Shown in pieces: positions 52,035 through 62,217 of a stretch of 64,000 bases of DNA. A program made the translations under genes and the position numbers. A model generated the notes under the pieces. It saw nothing but the letters and a program-made list of their open reading frames with translations. It made no database searches and was not told where the DNA came from. This DNA is from an uncultured Thermoplasmata archaeon (lineage in GTDB: Archaea; Thermoplasmatota; Thermoplasmata; UBA10834). Location of the stretch: contig CAVRDX010000002.1 of the NCBI GenBank assembly GCA_963719945.1, positions 1-64,000 on the forward strand. The letters are read 5' to 3'. How positions within the stretch are numbered: position 1 is the stretch's first letter; each line of letters opens with the position of its first letter.

Positions 52035-53383
52035 TGCCATTCAGACTCCTTGCCTATTCACCTGAAGAACTAGGCCTCAAGCCCGGCACGTACAAGTACG
52101 ACGGACCTGGCGACCTCGCTCGTCACCGATTCCATATCAGGGTGGACAGTCAGACGAAGGGCGTGCTGATGGTGGACGCGTCGAAGCTGATCTTCCTGAA
52201 CGGTACTGCTCTCGACTACGTGAGATGCATACTCGAGGGGAAGGACGCGGACCGAACATATGCCTACATGAAACGTAGATACAAGGGTCTCAAGAAGGCC
52301 GCCGCCAGGGAAGACTATAGGTCCACCAGGGAGAGGCTTACTCGATTCGTCAAGGGCGAAGAGTCAGTCATGGACGTCATGGGACCCAACGCACCCGCAA
52401 TCGGTGCGGATGAGATGCCATCGCCATACAGGATGGACCTTGCGCTCACATACCGATGCCAGAACGACTGCGGACACTGCTACAACGCAACCAAGGAGAA
52501 GAAGGAGCTTTCGGTGAAGGAGTGGATCACCATCATAGACAAGCTCTGGGACGCAGGCATACCGCACATAGTATTCACCGGGGGAGAGCCGACCCTGTAC
52601 GACGGCCTAGATGAGCTGATAGCTCATTCTGAACTCCACGGACAGATCACAGGACTCATCTCGAACGGCCGGAGCCTCGGAAAGCCGGGCTACCTGAGTT
52701 CTCTCGTGTCCAAGGGGTTGGACCATGTCCAGATCACGGTGCTCTCGCACGAGCGAGAGACACACGATCGATTGGCAGGTGCCAAGGGCGCGTGGCAGGA
52801 GACGATCGCGGGATTGAAGGCTGCGATCGCCGAGGACATGTATGTCAGCACCAACACGACAATCATGAGATCCAATTACGCGCACGTCAAGGAGACCATG
52901 AGGTTCCTCGTCGGCCTCGGTGTGAAGAATATCGCGTTCAACAGCATCATACGGTCCGGAAAGGGCGTGCAGGCAGAAGGCGTGACATATCAAGAATTAT
53001 CATCGCTTCTGGAGGAACTCAGAGGTATAGCCTCTGAGACGGGGACGAAACTGATATGGTATTCTCCCACACCGTACTGCGAACTCAATCCGGTGAACAT
53101 GGGCCTGGGCATCAAGCAATGCACCGCCTGTTCACTGAACATGGCGGTCGAGCCCGACGGGACTGTGCTACCATGCCAGAGCTATTACGAACCTCTCGGG
53201 GACATGCTCAAGGATGATTGGTCCACCATATGGGGACATCCGCAATGCGAGCGCATCAGGAAGAGGGAGTATGTCGACGAGAAGTGCGGGAAGTGCGAGA
53301 TGCTTCAGCTGTGCGGAGGCGGATGCCCGCTTTCTGCGGCTCACGGAGACTATGTGTGCCAGGACAGATACTCATCTATGTGA
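52031..53383 (+). CDS. Radical SAM/SPASM enzyme with an N-terminal PqqD/RRE-like domain
   Basis: LNGTA RRE-like region; CQNDCGHC; FTGGEP; CTAC...PC...CGKC...CGGGC SPASM; ATGA overlap with the upstream gene. Confidence 0.88.
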   Translation: MMPFRLLAYSPEELGLKPGTYKYDGPGDLARHRFHIRVDSQTKGVLMVDASKLIFLNGTALDYVRCILEGKDADRTYAYMKRRYKGLKKAAAREDYRSTRERLTRFVKGEESVMDVMGPNAPAIGADEMPSPYRMDLALTYRCQNDCGHCYNATKEKKELSVKEWITIIDKLWDAGIPHIVFTGGEPTLYDGLDELIAHSELHGQITGLISNGRSLGKPGYLSSLVSKGLDHVQITVLSHERETHDRLAGAKGAWQETIAGLKAAIAEDMYVSTNTTIMRSNYAHVKETMRFLVGLGVKNIAFNSIIRSGKGVQAEGVTYQELSSLLEELRGIASETGTKLIWYSPTPYCELNPVNMGLGIKQCTACSLNMAVEPDGTVLPCQSYYEPLGDMLKDDWSTIWGHPQCERIRKREYVDEKCGKCEMLQLCGGGCPLSAAHGDYVCQDRYSSM

Positions 53384-54259
53384 GTCGGGTTTCTTGGCGA
53401 ACGCATGGAACACGGGGTTGAACTGGAACAAAGAGCCATCTTTTAGCGCGCGTTCCCAGATGGGCCGCAGCTCTGCAAGCCGTTCCTTGCCCTCAACGTT
53501 CTGAGCAGTCAGTTCCAGGTACCTCCATTCGGCCTCTGACTCTGCCCTCAGCTTGTCGATCCCCCATACACCTGGATGTACTCCGACCTCTGCTTCGAGG
53601 TGGCACGCTTCGAAGATGGCCCTCAACTTCCGACCGATCAGAGGATCGCCTCCTTCGGCCCTTATGCCGTCTTCAGCTATCCTGCCAAGTGGGGAGAGCT
53701 CCTGAGGGAAGTCGATCCGAGCGCCAAGGTCCGGCTCCGCAAGACACACGACCCAATGCCTGGAAATGCGAACCATCTCCGACAGAACCCTCACGGGATC
53801 GTCGACCCACAGCATAACGAAAGAGCAATAGGCCATATCGAAGGAGTCATCCTTGAAAGGCAGCGAGTGCGCATCCCCTTCTCTCACCTCTAGACCCCTG
53901 CGTCTGCCCTCGGCAACGGCTGCTGGGTCGATGTCTATTCCCTGCACATCGAACATCGGAGCTAGCAATTCCATTACGAATCCTGGCCCGCATCCGACAT
54001 CCAGAGCGGTCGGTCGCCTTTGCCCATTCCAATTGCTCAGCACCCGCTGCTCAAGTAGCCAGGTCCATGAATCCCTGAGCCAGAGTGATTGCCTCGAGAG
54101 CTGTCTATCCATATCCTTCGCAGACCAGGGCATCGAACATGAAGAGGCGTCCATGAGAGAAATCCTTTGTGGCAATCCTGGCCTATCGAACCGGTCCATC
54201 TTATGATGGGAGACATCCATCTTGGTAGATGCAGAAGACCTGTCCGTGACAAAATCCAT
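53372..54259 (-). CDS. Class I SAM-dependent methyltransferase (true start likely downstream)
   Basis: ALDVGCGPG, GIDID, GDAHSLPFKDDSFD. Confidence 0.85.
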   Translation of the reverse strand: MDFVTDRSSASTKMDVSHHKMDRFDRPGLPQRISLMDASSCSMPWSAKDMDRQLSRQSLWLRDSWTWLLEQRVLSNWNGQRRPTALDVGCGPGFVMELLAPMFDVQGIDIDPAAVAEGRRRGLEVREGDAHSLPFKDDSFDMAYCSFVMLWVDDPVRVLSEMVRISRHWVVCLAEPDLGARIDFPQELSPLGRIAEDGIRAEGGDPLIGRKLRAIFEACHLEAEVGVHPGVWGIDKLRAESEAEWRYLELTAQNVEGKERLAELRPIWERALKDGSLFQFNPVFHAFAKKPDSHR

Positions 54260-54273
54260 AACGATGGATAGGC

Positions 54274-54495
54274 ATGCGAAAGCTGAGAGGAATGACGATG
54301 AAGTGCAATAACTGCGGCTCAGAGAACCCTGAGGACCATAAATTCTGCGGCGACTGCGGCAAAGAACTGCCGGTAGCCTCTGTGGCCGATGATGATAATT
54401 CTATGAGAAAATGTAGTTCTTGTGGCCGCACTCTGACCGAGGAGACCAATGTCTGCCCATACTGCGGACGATGGGTGAAACGGTCCATGTTCTAG
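54274..54495 (+). CDS. Double zinc-ribbon protein
   Basis: CNNCG..FCGDCG, CSSCG..CPYCG. Confidence 0.75.
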   Translation: MRKLRGMTMKCNNCGSENPEDHKFCGDCGKELPVASVADDDNSMRKCSSCGRTLTEETNVCPYCGRWVKRSMF

Positions 54496-54706
54496 ATGTC
54501 ACCCTGGATGAAGGTGTGGGATAGAGCCGCGTAGGGAAAATATCCTCTTTTGGACGATATCGTGAACTGTATGATCGATTCCGGCATGCAGTTAGGACAA
54601 CCGGACTCGATGTCGGAATGCTTCACGAATAACATCTATGCTTGAACTTGGACTTACGTGGTCACTTAGCCGATCAATGGCGAGGATGAGCTAGATCGAC
54701 TCTTCC

Positions 54707-55858
54707 TCAGGCTGCGACCTCGATCGTGCACGATGATATCCCACCGATCAGATCCTCGTAGTCGTAGGCGGGATAGTCCTTCCAGACATCCAATGATCCC
54801 GAGACCAGGCCACTTGCAGTAATATCTAAACTGTAAGTCCCTTCATTCTTGCAGGCGCAGACTTCCCAAGTGAGCAGGACGGTATCGCCTGCGCTGAATG
54901 TCTCGAGGTCTGTCAGGTCAGGTGCCTTGCACACCTTGAGTCCGGATGATGCCTCCATGACCGCGCTGAAGCTCTCGGCAGGGAATGTCGGGAACTTATC
55001 CGATCCGAATGGTGCGAGGCACGGGTATGTAATCTCCGCCGTCACCTTGAACTTCTCACCTGGCAGGACGATCGATGGAGCTGTGATGTCTATCTCCCAT
55101 GGCGTGACGAACACTCCGCCGTACATCATGCCCGGAACGTTCCATCTCGTCGTATCGCAAGTCCAAGTATCCAAGAAGTCCGCATATTTCCACTTGATCG
55201 GCTCGAACTCAGAGTCCCATGCATTCGGGTTCGCGCTCTGCGAGGTCGAGCCCTGATAATCGTGGTCGTTCTTGAACTCCCTCGACCAGCCGTCATTGAT
55301 CAGCAGGACCCCTTCGGAGTCATCGTAGCCCACGACGACACGGTAGTGGTCCCCTGAGTACCATTCTGGAAGCCAATATACGAGCACGATCACGGGATAC
55401 CCTTGGTCGAGTATCTCCTTCATCTCATTCAGCCAGGGCTCATCGGATGCATAGTAGAATCCCGCGTATCCCATGTCCCTGGCGGTATAGCCAGTTACGA
55501 CAGAGTTCGGCCATCTCGCGCCCATGGTCGGGCTCATCGAGCTGAACTGAGCCGCTCGTGCCATATCCGGAAGTGCAGTACCTCCGCTCCTAGCCGCATT
55601 GTATATCTCTCTCTGATCCACGAACTCGCCGTAGTAGTCAAACACCATCTGCAACGATACTGCGCCGCAGCCCTTCGCGTCTATCTGTTGATAGAGCGGG
55701 ACACCGTCGATGAATGCGCTCCCAGACAGGGCTTGAGTTCCTGAGACGGGAAGCACCATCATAGCCACGATGCAGACACACACGCTCGAGATAAGAAATC
55801 GTATACGCCCAACCAGACTCGTCCTCATGCCTTCTCTCCCCCACTGAGCCGGACCCAA
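54707..55858 (-). CDS. Secreted C39-like cysteine peptidase
   Basis: VPLYQQ...GCGAVSL.MV, HYRVVVGYD, IND. Confidence 0.85.
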   Translation of the reverse strand: MGPAQWGREGMRTSLVGRIRFLISSVCVCIVAMMVLPVSGTQALSGSAFIDGVPLYQQIDAKGCGAVSLQMVFDYYGEFVDQREIYNAARSGGTALPDMARAAQFSSMSPTMGARWPNSVVTGYTARDMGYAGFYYASDEPWLNEMKEILDQGYPVIVLVYWLPEWYSGDHYRVVVGYDDSEGVLLINDGWSREFKNDHDYQGSTSQSANPNAWDSEFEPIKWKYADFLDTWTCDTTRWNVPGMMYGGVFVTPWEIDITAPSIVLPGEKFKVTAEITYPCLAPFGSDKFPTFPAESFSAVMEASSGLKVCKAPDLTDLETFSAGDTVLLTWEVCACKNEGTYSLDITASGLVSGSLDVWKDYPAYDYEDLIGGISSCTIEVAA

Positions 55859-56072
55859 GGAATGCCGCTCAGCTTGGGGAGAATCAGACTATCGATTAAT
55901 AACAGATTTGATACAGCGATAGAAATGTCGGCTTGAACGAACTGGAGACTTTTCCAGGGCCATGATTATTCGATTGATACGAACATCGAGAGAAGGCATT
56001 AAACCCTTCAAAACGATTCGTACCCAGCGGCCCTGATTCCAATCAGGGCCGATCGAGAGGAAGTGGGTCAAC

Positions 56073-56819
56073 ATGGGGAATGAGAAAAGCGTAGCGTCTA
56101 TCGATATTCTGAAAAGGAGAAAGTGCACGGCATTCGCAGGCATATGCACCCTGATGATGCTAAGCTGCACAATCGCGGCAATGGCTGCAATGACGCGAGC
56201 GGACACGGAGTTTGAGCTCGCAGAAGGAGAGAACGCAAAACAATGGAGGGCACTGGACGTGTTTGCACTGCCTCCGGCCGATTATTGGGGATGGCATGTG
56301 AGGAAACCCGTGGCCTTGGAATCGACAGGGTTCGAGATCCCGTTCAATGACGTTGCTGGCGGAGAATTCACAGTCTACCTCCGTAACACTTGGGTGGGCG
56401 ACCTGTCGGGAATGATGATCACTGCTACGATATCAATCGAGCAGGATTCGGAGGACAAACCGGTGTTCGTGACTCGCACACTGGAAAAGGAGGCATATGT
56501 GAGACTAGGGTTCCAGACGACTTCTGGAAGCTGGGACACCTTCACCTACTGGTGGTCCTATGCCTGCATCAAGCTCGATGATCTTGTAGGAAACACTCTC
56601 ACCTTGAGTGTTCCGCTGAATGACGGGGCGCTCTGGCAATGCATCAATGGAGGCTGGACGGGAAACGCATACCCAGATGAGTTCGCAGCATCCTTGGCAG
56701 ATGTCCAGGAGATAGGCTTCACCTTCGGATGGCTTGGCAGCTGGGCCAGTGGTACTGCACTTGAGCAGGGAGCGGCGACTTTCATCGTGGATAGCTATAG
56801 CATCTCGCCAACCGAATAA
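56073..56819 (+). CDS. Secreted hypothetical protein
   Basis: Signal peptide; aromatic-rich beta-sandwich-like body. Confidence 0.65.
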   Translation: MGNEKSVASIDILKRRKCTAFAGICTLMMLSCTIAAMAAMTRADTEFELAEGENAKQWRALDVFALPPADYWGWHVRKPVALESTGFEIPFNDVAGGEFTVYLRNTWVGDLSGMMITATISIEQDSEDKPVFVTRTLEKEAYVRLGFQTTSGSWDTFTYWWSYACIKLDDLVGNTLTLSVPLNDGALWQCINGGWTGNAYPDEFAASLADVQEIGFTFGWLGSWASGTALEQGAATFIVDSYSISPTE

Positions 56820-57000
56820 TCATCCATTTGAGAGAGCTCTTCATGAAAGAAGCGAACTGCAAGCTCGCATTCAATGGCGAGCTACGATGAGAGCGGTAGC
56901 TTTGAATGACCTCGGATAGTCCTCCCCATGACGCAGTCAGAAACATATTGATGCGATCAATACGCCTGGAACTCGAGCTGGGACGGCACTGAATCAGCGC

Positions 57001-57609
57001 TCAAGTCGATATGATCACTTCATGCGACCTCTTCCCGGTCATCAGGTCGATATCGATGCGGCCGATGTTGACTTTCCTGAGCGAATCATCCGTGATCTGC
57101 TCCAGGATGATCTTCTCAGGATCGCGCTCATTCTTGTGTATCATGGTCATCAGCGCATGACGCTTCTCTTCGAGGTCATCCACAAACGTCACCCTACCTC
57201 TGAACTGAGTCGTCTCGTACAGGTGGTCGCAGCTGCCATCGACGTAGCCGAGGTCCATAAGCGCCTGGCCCCAGACTCTGCCGTCGCGCCTGAGCGCATC
57301 GATCTTCCTGCCAGTCTGTGCGCAGTGGAAGAAGATGGCGTTTCTTTCCTTGTCATACCCATGAGTCAATGTTGCGAGGTATGGCCCGTCCTCATCGCAC
57401 ATGGCCATCGTGATGTACTTGGCCTCGAGAAGAACCCTGACCAGCTCCCCCTTGTCAGTGACCTCCTTCTCTCTGCGCCTCACGCTTCTCAAGGAACATA
57501 TCCCCCCTTTGCCAAAGAGAATCGCATTAGGTTCTAGGTAATCCTTTCCTCGGCTCATCGAGATGGCATGAATATGCCCGCCCAATATCTGACACATGCG
57601 CGATTGCAT
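57001..57609 (-). CDS. Pyridoxamine 5'-phosphate oxidase-related flavin-binding protein (NimA-like)
   Basis: MRRREKE, PY....HGY, FFHCA..GRK, GK; true start is probably about 57483. Confidence 0.85.
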   Translation of the reverse strand: MQSRMCQILGGHIHAISMSRGKDYLEPNAILFGKGGICSLRSVRRREKEVTDKGELVRVLLEAKYITMAMCDEDGPYLATLTHGYDKERNAIFFHCAQTGRKIDALRRDGRVWGQALMDLGYVDGSCDHLYETTQFRGRVTFVDDLEEKRHALMTMIHKNERDPEKIILEQITDDSLRKVNIGRIDIDLMTGKRSHEVIIST

Positions 57610-57730
57610 CTGATGACAGATAGAGAAACATTAAGGACCTTGCTCGACTTTGGGAGGAACATCAAGGCCAATCGTATTGACTGAGACACATGAACAGATC
57701 CCATTCTGTCAACTGCTGAGAGTGAATCTA

Positions 57731-58382
57731 ATGAATCTGAGAGAATTATTGTATTTCTTTGAGGAAGATGAACTGAGGGATACACTTGATGAGTTCGGTC
57801 TCCCGACAGAAGGAGAGAAAGCAGAGCTCATAGGCAGGATCCTGGATGAACCGCATATCGGAATCAGAACCTCGATGGGTCAATCTATTCGAACGTCCTG
57901 AATCGCTAGGTCGCCTGAGGTTGAAGCTTGCCTGCAGATTGGCAGGATTGCCGTCCGAAGGAACGACCAACAGCATGTTGAGTCGATTGGTGGAACACAT
58001 GATAGAAGGGGATTGGAGAGCCACTGCGAGAAAGGCTTATTCGATTCAGCCATCGGTCAGGAATCCGGAAGCCTTCAGACAGTTCCTGCAATCACTCAAA
58101 TTATCACAATTGCAGACGATCGCTGAATATTTTGACATCGATCCAGCGCTCAATAGAGGGAAACTCGAGAAAGTACTTCGCCTGAAATCGGAGAAGGCCT
58201 CTTCGATGGACGTGTATACCGTTTGGTATCTCCTGGAGAGCATCATTGCATTGCACAAGACTTCTCTTCAGTCGATCTGCAGAGGAATGCAGATCGATAG
58301 CGAGGGGTGCATGCATGAACTCCAAGACAGAATTCTTGACGAGATATGGGAGATACGGCATCAGGATTCGGACATCGGTTGA
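57731..58382 (+). pseudogene. SAP-like repeat protein split by one frameshift
   Basis: Four L...(GL/I)..(EG)...L..R(I/L) SAP-like repeats; removing one G near 57845 fuses the two ORFs. Confidence 0.55.
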
Positions 58383-58506
58383 TTCTCCGAAGAGCAGCTC
58401 ACATACACCCAGTCTTGAATCTATTTGATCATGAGGGCAGTGAATTGCAGCATTGAAAAAGAATCAAATAGATGCGACTTTATCCAATGTATAGCAAACA
58501 CATTCG

Positions 58507-59298
58507 GTGGACCTGGAGGAACAATGGAGAAGCCGAATACATAGATATGAGATATTCCAGGTGATGACTTTGGGTAATAGTATGATAAAGAATTCGATGC
58601 AGGACGAAGGGTCTCGTCCACTTGCATTCCTAGTTGATGGCGATAACTCCTCATTCAAACTCATAGGGGAGATGTTGGACGAGGCATCCAAGCATGGTTC
58701 TGTCAGAGTCAGGCGAGTATACGGGGATTGGACCTCAAAATACATGGAGAACTGGAAGAAATCTCTGCATGAACATGCGCTCAGCCCGATCCAGCAATTC
58801 CCGAACATCCGCGGCAAGAATGCCACGGACAGCGCTCTGATAATAGATGCGATGGATCTTCTGCACGCAGGGATCGTCCAGGGGTTCTGCATAGTCTCAA
58901 GTGACAGCGATTATACAAGACTGGCCACCAGGATCAGAGAAGACGGGTTGTTCGTGATGGCGATAGGTGAGAAGAAGACGCCGGACGCGCTGATGAAAGC
59001 ATGCGATGTCTTCGTTCTGACAGATAACCTGGAGCCAAGAAAGGGATTGAAGGGAAAGGCAGGAGTTCCAAGAGAGCTCATCCTGAAAGCCTTCGATAAT
59101 GTCGAGGATGAAGACGGATATGCGGCCATGGCATCGCTTGGCCAAGCCCTATTGAAGATCGACCCCAGTTTCGATCCCAGGACTTACGGCAAGAGCAAGC
59201 TCGTCTCACTGATCGAGAGCCTATCGGGGGATTTCAAGATCGAGAGAAGGGGAAATCCAGTGACGGGTGCGGTCTTCTTGAGAAGGACGAATAGATAA
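58507..59298 (+). CDS. NYN (LabA/DUF88) domain protein with OST-HTH/LOTUS domain
   Basis: VDGDN, RVYGDW, GKNATD, SSDSDY, FDPRTYGKSKL. Confidence 0.92.
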   Translation: MDLEEQWRSRIHRYEIFQVMTLGNSMIKNSMQDEGSRPLAFLVDGDNSSFKLIGEMLDEASKHGSVRVRRVYGDWTSKYMENWKKSLHEHALSPIQQFPNIRGKNATDSALIIDAMDLLHAGIVQGFCIVSSDSDYTRLATRIREDGLFVMAIGEKKTPDALMKACDVFVLTDNLEPRKGLKGKAGVPRELILKAFDNVEDEDGYAAMASLGQALLKIDPSFDPRTYGKSKLVSLIESLSGDFKIERRGNPVTGAVFLRRTNR

Positions 59299-59381
59299 GC
59301 ATTCCATCATGTGTAAATTGGCCCCACGACACCTCATTGACATGATTGTCTAGTGAAAACCAGAATCATCTCAGGTGATGT

Positions 59382-59975
59382 CTATGGTTCTGATGGCTTC
59401 GTGGAGGGATCTCTTGGCACTGGCTTCGATAGACGCTCCCTCACGGCAAAGTACAGCAGCAAGTTATGGATCGAGAAGATCGCGCTCATCAGCACTGCGA
59501 AGCCGAGCATCAATCTCGCAAACGTCCCTGACACCCAATCGAGCATGAACTCCAACGACCCTGGCAACGGTTCGGCAAAGTGCGCGAAATTGAACGGGAA
59601 CACCACAAGCAGATAGAACTCCGCAACGAAGCAGAAGGCTAACCCACATGCTTCGAACAGCCTGGCAGGGTTCTTCCGACCCGTGAAGAATCTGATTATC
59701 GCGGGCGGTATACCTACTATAAGCATCCCGTAGAGCAGAATAGCAGCGACGGTCCCGAAATCATCTGTCAAGAAACCCGTTGGATTCGTCTCATGGATTG
59801 CGATGAATGCGATGAGGAATAGGAACCCGACGATTGCGAATGGCTGTCCCATCCGTTCTGGGAATGATAGCACATCCGTCTTCGCCTCCTTCTCCGCCCT
59901 GTCCCAGACCCATGGAAACTCGGATGGGTCTTTCCTGACATCCATGACGATTCTCCGAATAAGAATGGACGACAT
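59382..59975 (-). CDS. Membrane protein
   Basis: About 4 TM helices. Confidence 0.65.
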   Translation of the reverse strand: MSSILIRRIVMDVRKDPSEFPWVWDRAEKEAKTDVLSFPERMGQPFAIVGFLFLIAFIAIHETNPTGFLTDDFGTVAAILLYGMLIVGIPPAIIRFFTGRKNPARLFEACGLAFCFVAEFYLLVVFPFNFAHFAEPLPGSLEFMLDWVSGTFARLMLGFAVLMSAIFSIHNLLLYFAVRERLSKPVPRDPSTKPSEP

Positions 59976-60144
59976 TCCTAATCAAACCGACAGCTAAGGG
60001 CAGGAAGGTATTGATCAACCACTCATTTGATAAGAAACAGCGTCTCGATCTTGCCAGTTTCAACAATGTACCAGAAACGACTTATCTGCTCCACCCATTC
60101 AGCGTCCTGGTCCGTATTGGTGCGGAAATCGGAGGTCGGAGAAG

Positions 60145-60537
60145 ATGAGACTTGGGGCAATGGAACTTGTAATGATGAGCGTCGTCGCCGTCATGATGAT
60201 TGGAGCGCAGAGCGCCTTGGCTGGACCGGTCCAGTCGCTGACGGCTACCCTGAAGGCCGAGCCTGGAGTGCCGCTGGGAACCGCTGTTTATTCATGGTGG
60301 GACGATGACACGAGAAGGCTGGAGATCGAGGTCGCAGACGCTGATGAAGGGAAATACTGCGTCTTCATTGACAAGGTGAAACTGGGTGTCACGCTCACAG
60401 TGGACGACTTGGGAGTCGGTTCGTTGAGGCTGGACACCAGATGGGGAGACGTCGTCCCCGTCATAGAGTCGGGATCGATCATATCCATGAAGAACTGTGC
60501 TGAGACGACCATCGTGATCTGTGGCATGTTCAAGTAG
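60145..60537 (+). CDS. Secreted hypothetical protein
   Basis: Signal peptide ending ALA; GGAGG upstream. Confidence 0.6.
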   Translation: MRLGAMELVMMSVVAVMMIGAQSALAGPVQSLTATLKAEPGVPLGTAVYSWWDDDTRRLEIEVADADEGKYCVFIDKVKLGVTLTVDDLGVGSLRLDTRWGDVVPVIESGSIISMKNCAETTIVICGMFK

Positions 60538-60715
60538 GATCGGTCCGGGTAACCAAACCATCAAACTCCTTACCGTTATTCTAACTCGACATCTCTGGAA
60601 ACATGACTCGCTCCAGGCAGGGATTTGCGCAATGGATTTCGGCGATGCATCCCGTCCCGGACCATGCGCGAAGTCATTAAGACCCGCATAGTGAATCACC
60701 GTCGCGGATGGAATC

Positions 60716-61402
60716 ATGCCGAATTGTCCTTCTTGTGGAACATCGATAGTCGAAGGTGGAACCTTCTGCAGCGGGTGTGGAACCAGGACCGATGCTCAGG
60801 CGACGAGAGCGCCGAGCGCATCATACCAGGCGATATGGTATCAGAATTTCTACAGGATACGCAAGAAGGTCCTCGCAATCGCGAACCAGTACTGGATCGA
60901 GGACGCCCAGGGATCGAAGATAGGCTACTCGAGACAGAAGATCCTCAGGATAAAGGAGAACATCGGGGTCTTCTCCGACGACAGCATGACAACAGAGTTG
61001 TTCCGAATACAGCAGGAACAGATCGTGGACATGTGGGGTACATTCGCCGTCTTGGATTCCACTACGAACGCCTGCGTGGGCAAGCTACGGAGGAATGCGC
61101 TGTCATCTGGATTCTACGTCGACGAATACCTCATCCTGGACCCCCAAGGTAGGCAGATCGGAAGATTGGCCGAGCGAGGAAAGAGAGCACTCCTCCGGAA
61201 ATACGTTCCCGGGGGCGCGCTTGTGCCGGAGCAACTCGTCCTCGAGTTCAACGGTCAGCAGGTGGCTGAGATCAAGCAGCAGTTCAAGATCGTGGGGGAT
61301 ATTTGGGAAGTCGACTGTTCCCGTCTGCCGTCGAATTTCGACAGACGCACGCTCCTTGCATGCTTGCTGCTCATGGGAATGATAGAGCGCGACAGAAAGT
61401 GA
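60716..61402 (+). CDS. Zinc-ribbon plus LURP-one/scramblase (Tubby-C-like) protein
   Basis: CPSCG..FCSGCG; RKKVLAI..QY.IED..G..IG...QK...KE.I. Confidence 0.75.
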   Translation: MPNCPSCGTSIVEGGTFCSGCGTRTDAQATRAPSASYQAIWYQNFYRIRKKVLAIANQYWIEDAQGSKIGYSRQKILRIKENIGVFSDDSMTTELFRIQQEQIVDMWGTFAVLDSTTNACVGKLRRNALSSGFYVDEYLILDPQGRQIGRLAERGKRALLRKYVPGGALVPEQLVLEFNGQQVAEIKQQFKIVGDIWEVDCSRLPSNFDRRTLLACLLLMGMIERDRK

Positions 61403-61478
61403 TTCGCGATATATCTCGCCCTGAATGAATTGTGGTCAAGATCTAGCAGCAGCACGAGAGGTATGCCCATCGTGTACG

Positions 61479-62144
61479 TTACAATTTGGCGCCCTTCTTG
61501 AACCCGCACCAGGGACAAAGAAGCGACCCTTTCGGCCAAGCCGCTTTGCAGCGAGGACAGCCCTTGACGAAGCCACATCGCTCGCAAAAGAACGCCTCAT
61601 GAGACAAAGGCAAGCCACAGTCAGGGCAACTACTGAGTTCCGGGAGTCTAGGTGGTTCGCCGTACAAATGCCCCTTGCCTCCGCAGCCGGGGCAGGCCAT
61701 GGATCCAGCAGGACCTGAGATTACACCGATGCCACGACATCCGGTGCACTTCAGGTTTCCCAAGCACCTGGGACACCTTCCAGTCCCTCCACAGAATGGG
61801 CATGCACTGAATGAGGAGCCAGACCCAGTACCTTTGCAGGCCGAGCAGTATCCATCGACGCAATGCGATTCGGTCCCGTATGCCATGTACGCAGTGATAT
61901 CATTGTGCCCGTGCGCGGTGGATGCGACTGCCCATGTGCACCGGCCAGATCCGTGGCATGCAACGCAGATGTCAATCCGACCGAAACCGTCGCAGGCCTT
62001 GCATTCGACCGCGTTCGTCTTCGCCTGGCTGATGATTATCTGCATGCCGCAGTAGAGGCAGTGAGCCCTGTCGATATCACTAGGAAGGTTCAGATTGGCC
62101 CCACAGCTGGGACAGACCGCCGGTATAAGCTTGACCTCACCCAT
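61479..62144 (-). CDS. Cys-rich protein with DnaJ-type CxxCxGxG repeats and zinc ribbons
   Basis: Several CxxCxGxG repeats flanked by CxxCG ribbons; no J-domain. Confidence 0.75.
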   Translation of the reverse strand: MGEVKLIPAVCPSCGANLNLPSDIDRAHCLYCGMQIIISQAKTNAVECKACDGFGRIDICVACHGSGRCTWAVASTAHGHNDITAYMAYGTESHCVDGYCSACKGTGSGSSFSACPFCGGTGRCPRCLGNLKCTGCRGIGVISGPAGSMACPGCGGKGHLYGEPPRLPELSSCPDCGLPLSHEAFFCERCGFVKGCPRCKAAWPKGSLLCPWCGFKKGAKL

Positions 62145-62217
62145 TTCCCTCGACCCTATGCAGACATGATTGACCGACAGGGATTATATTGCTTTACAGG
62201 GGAATCCTAGGGATCGG

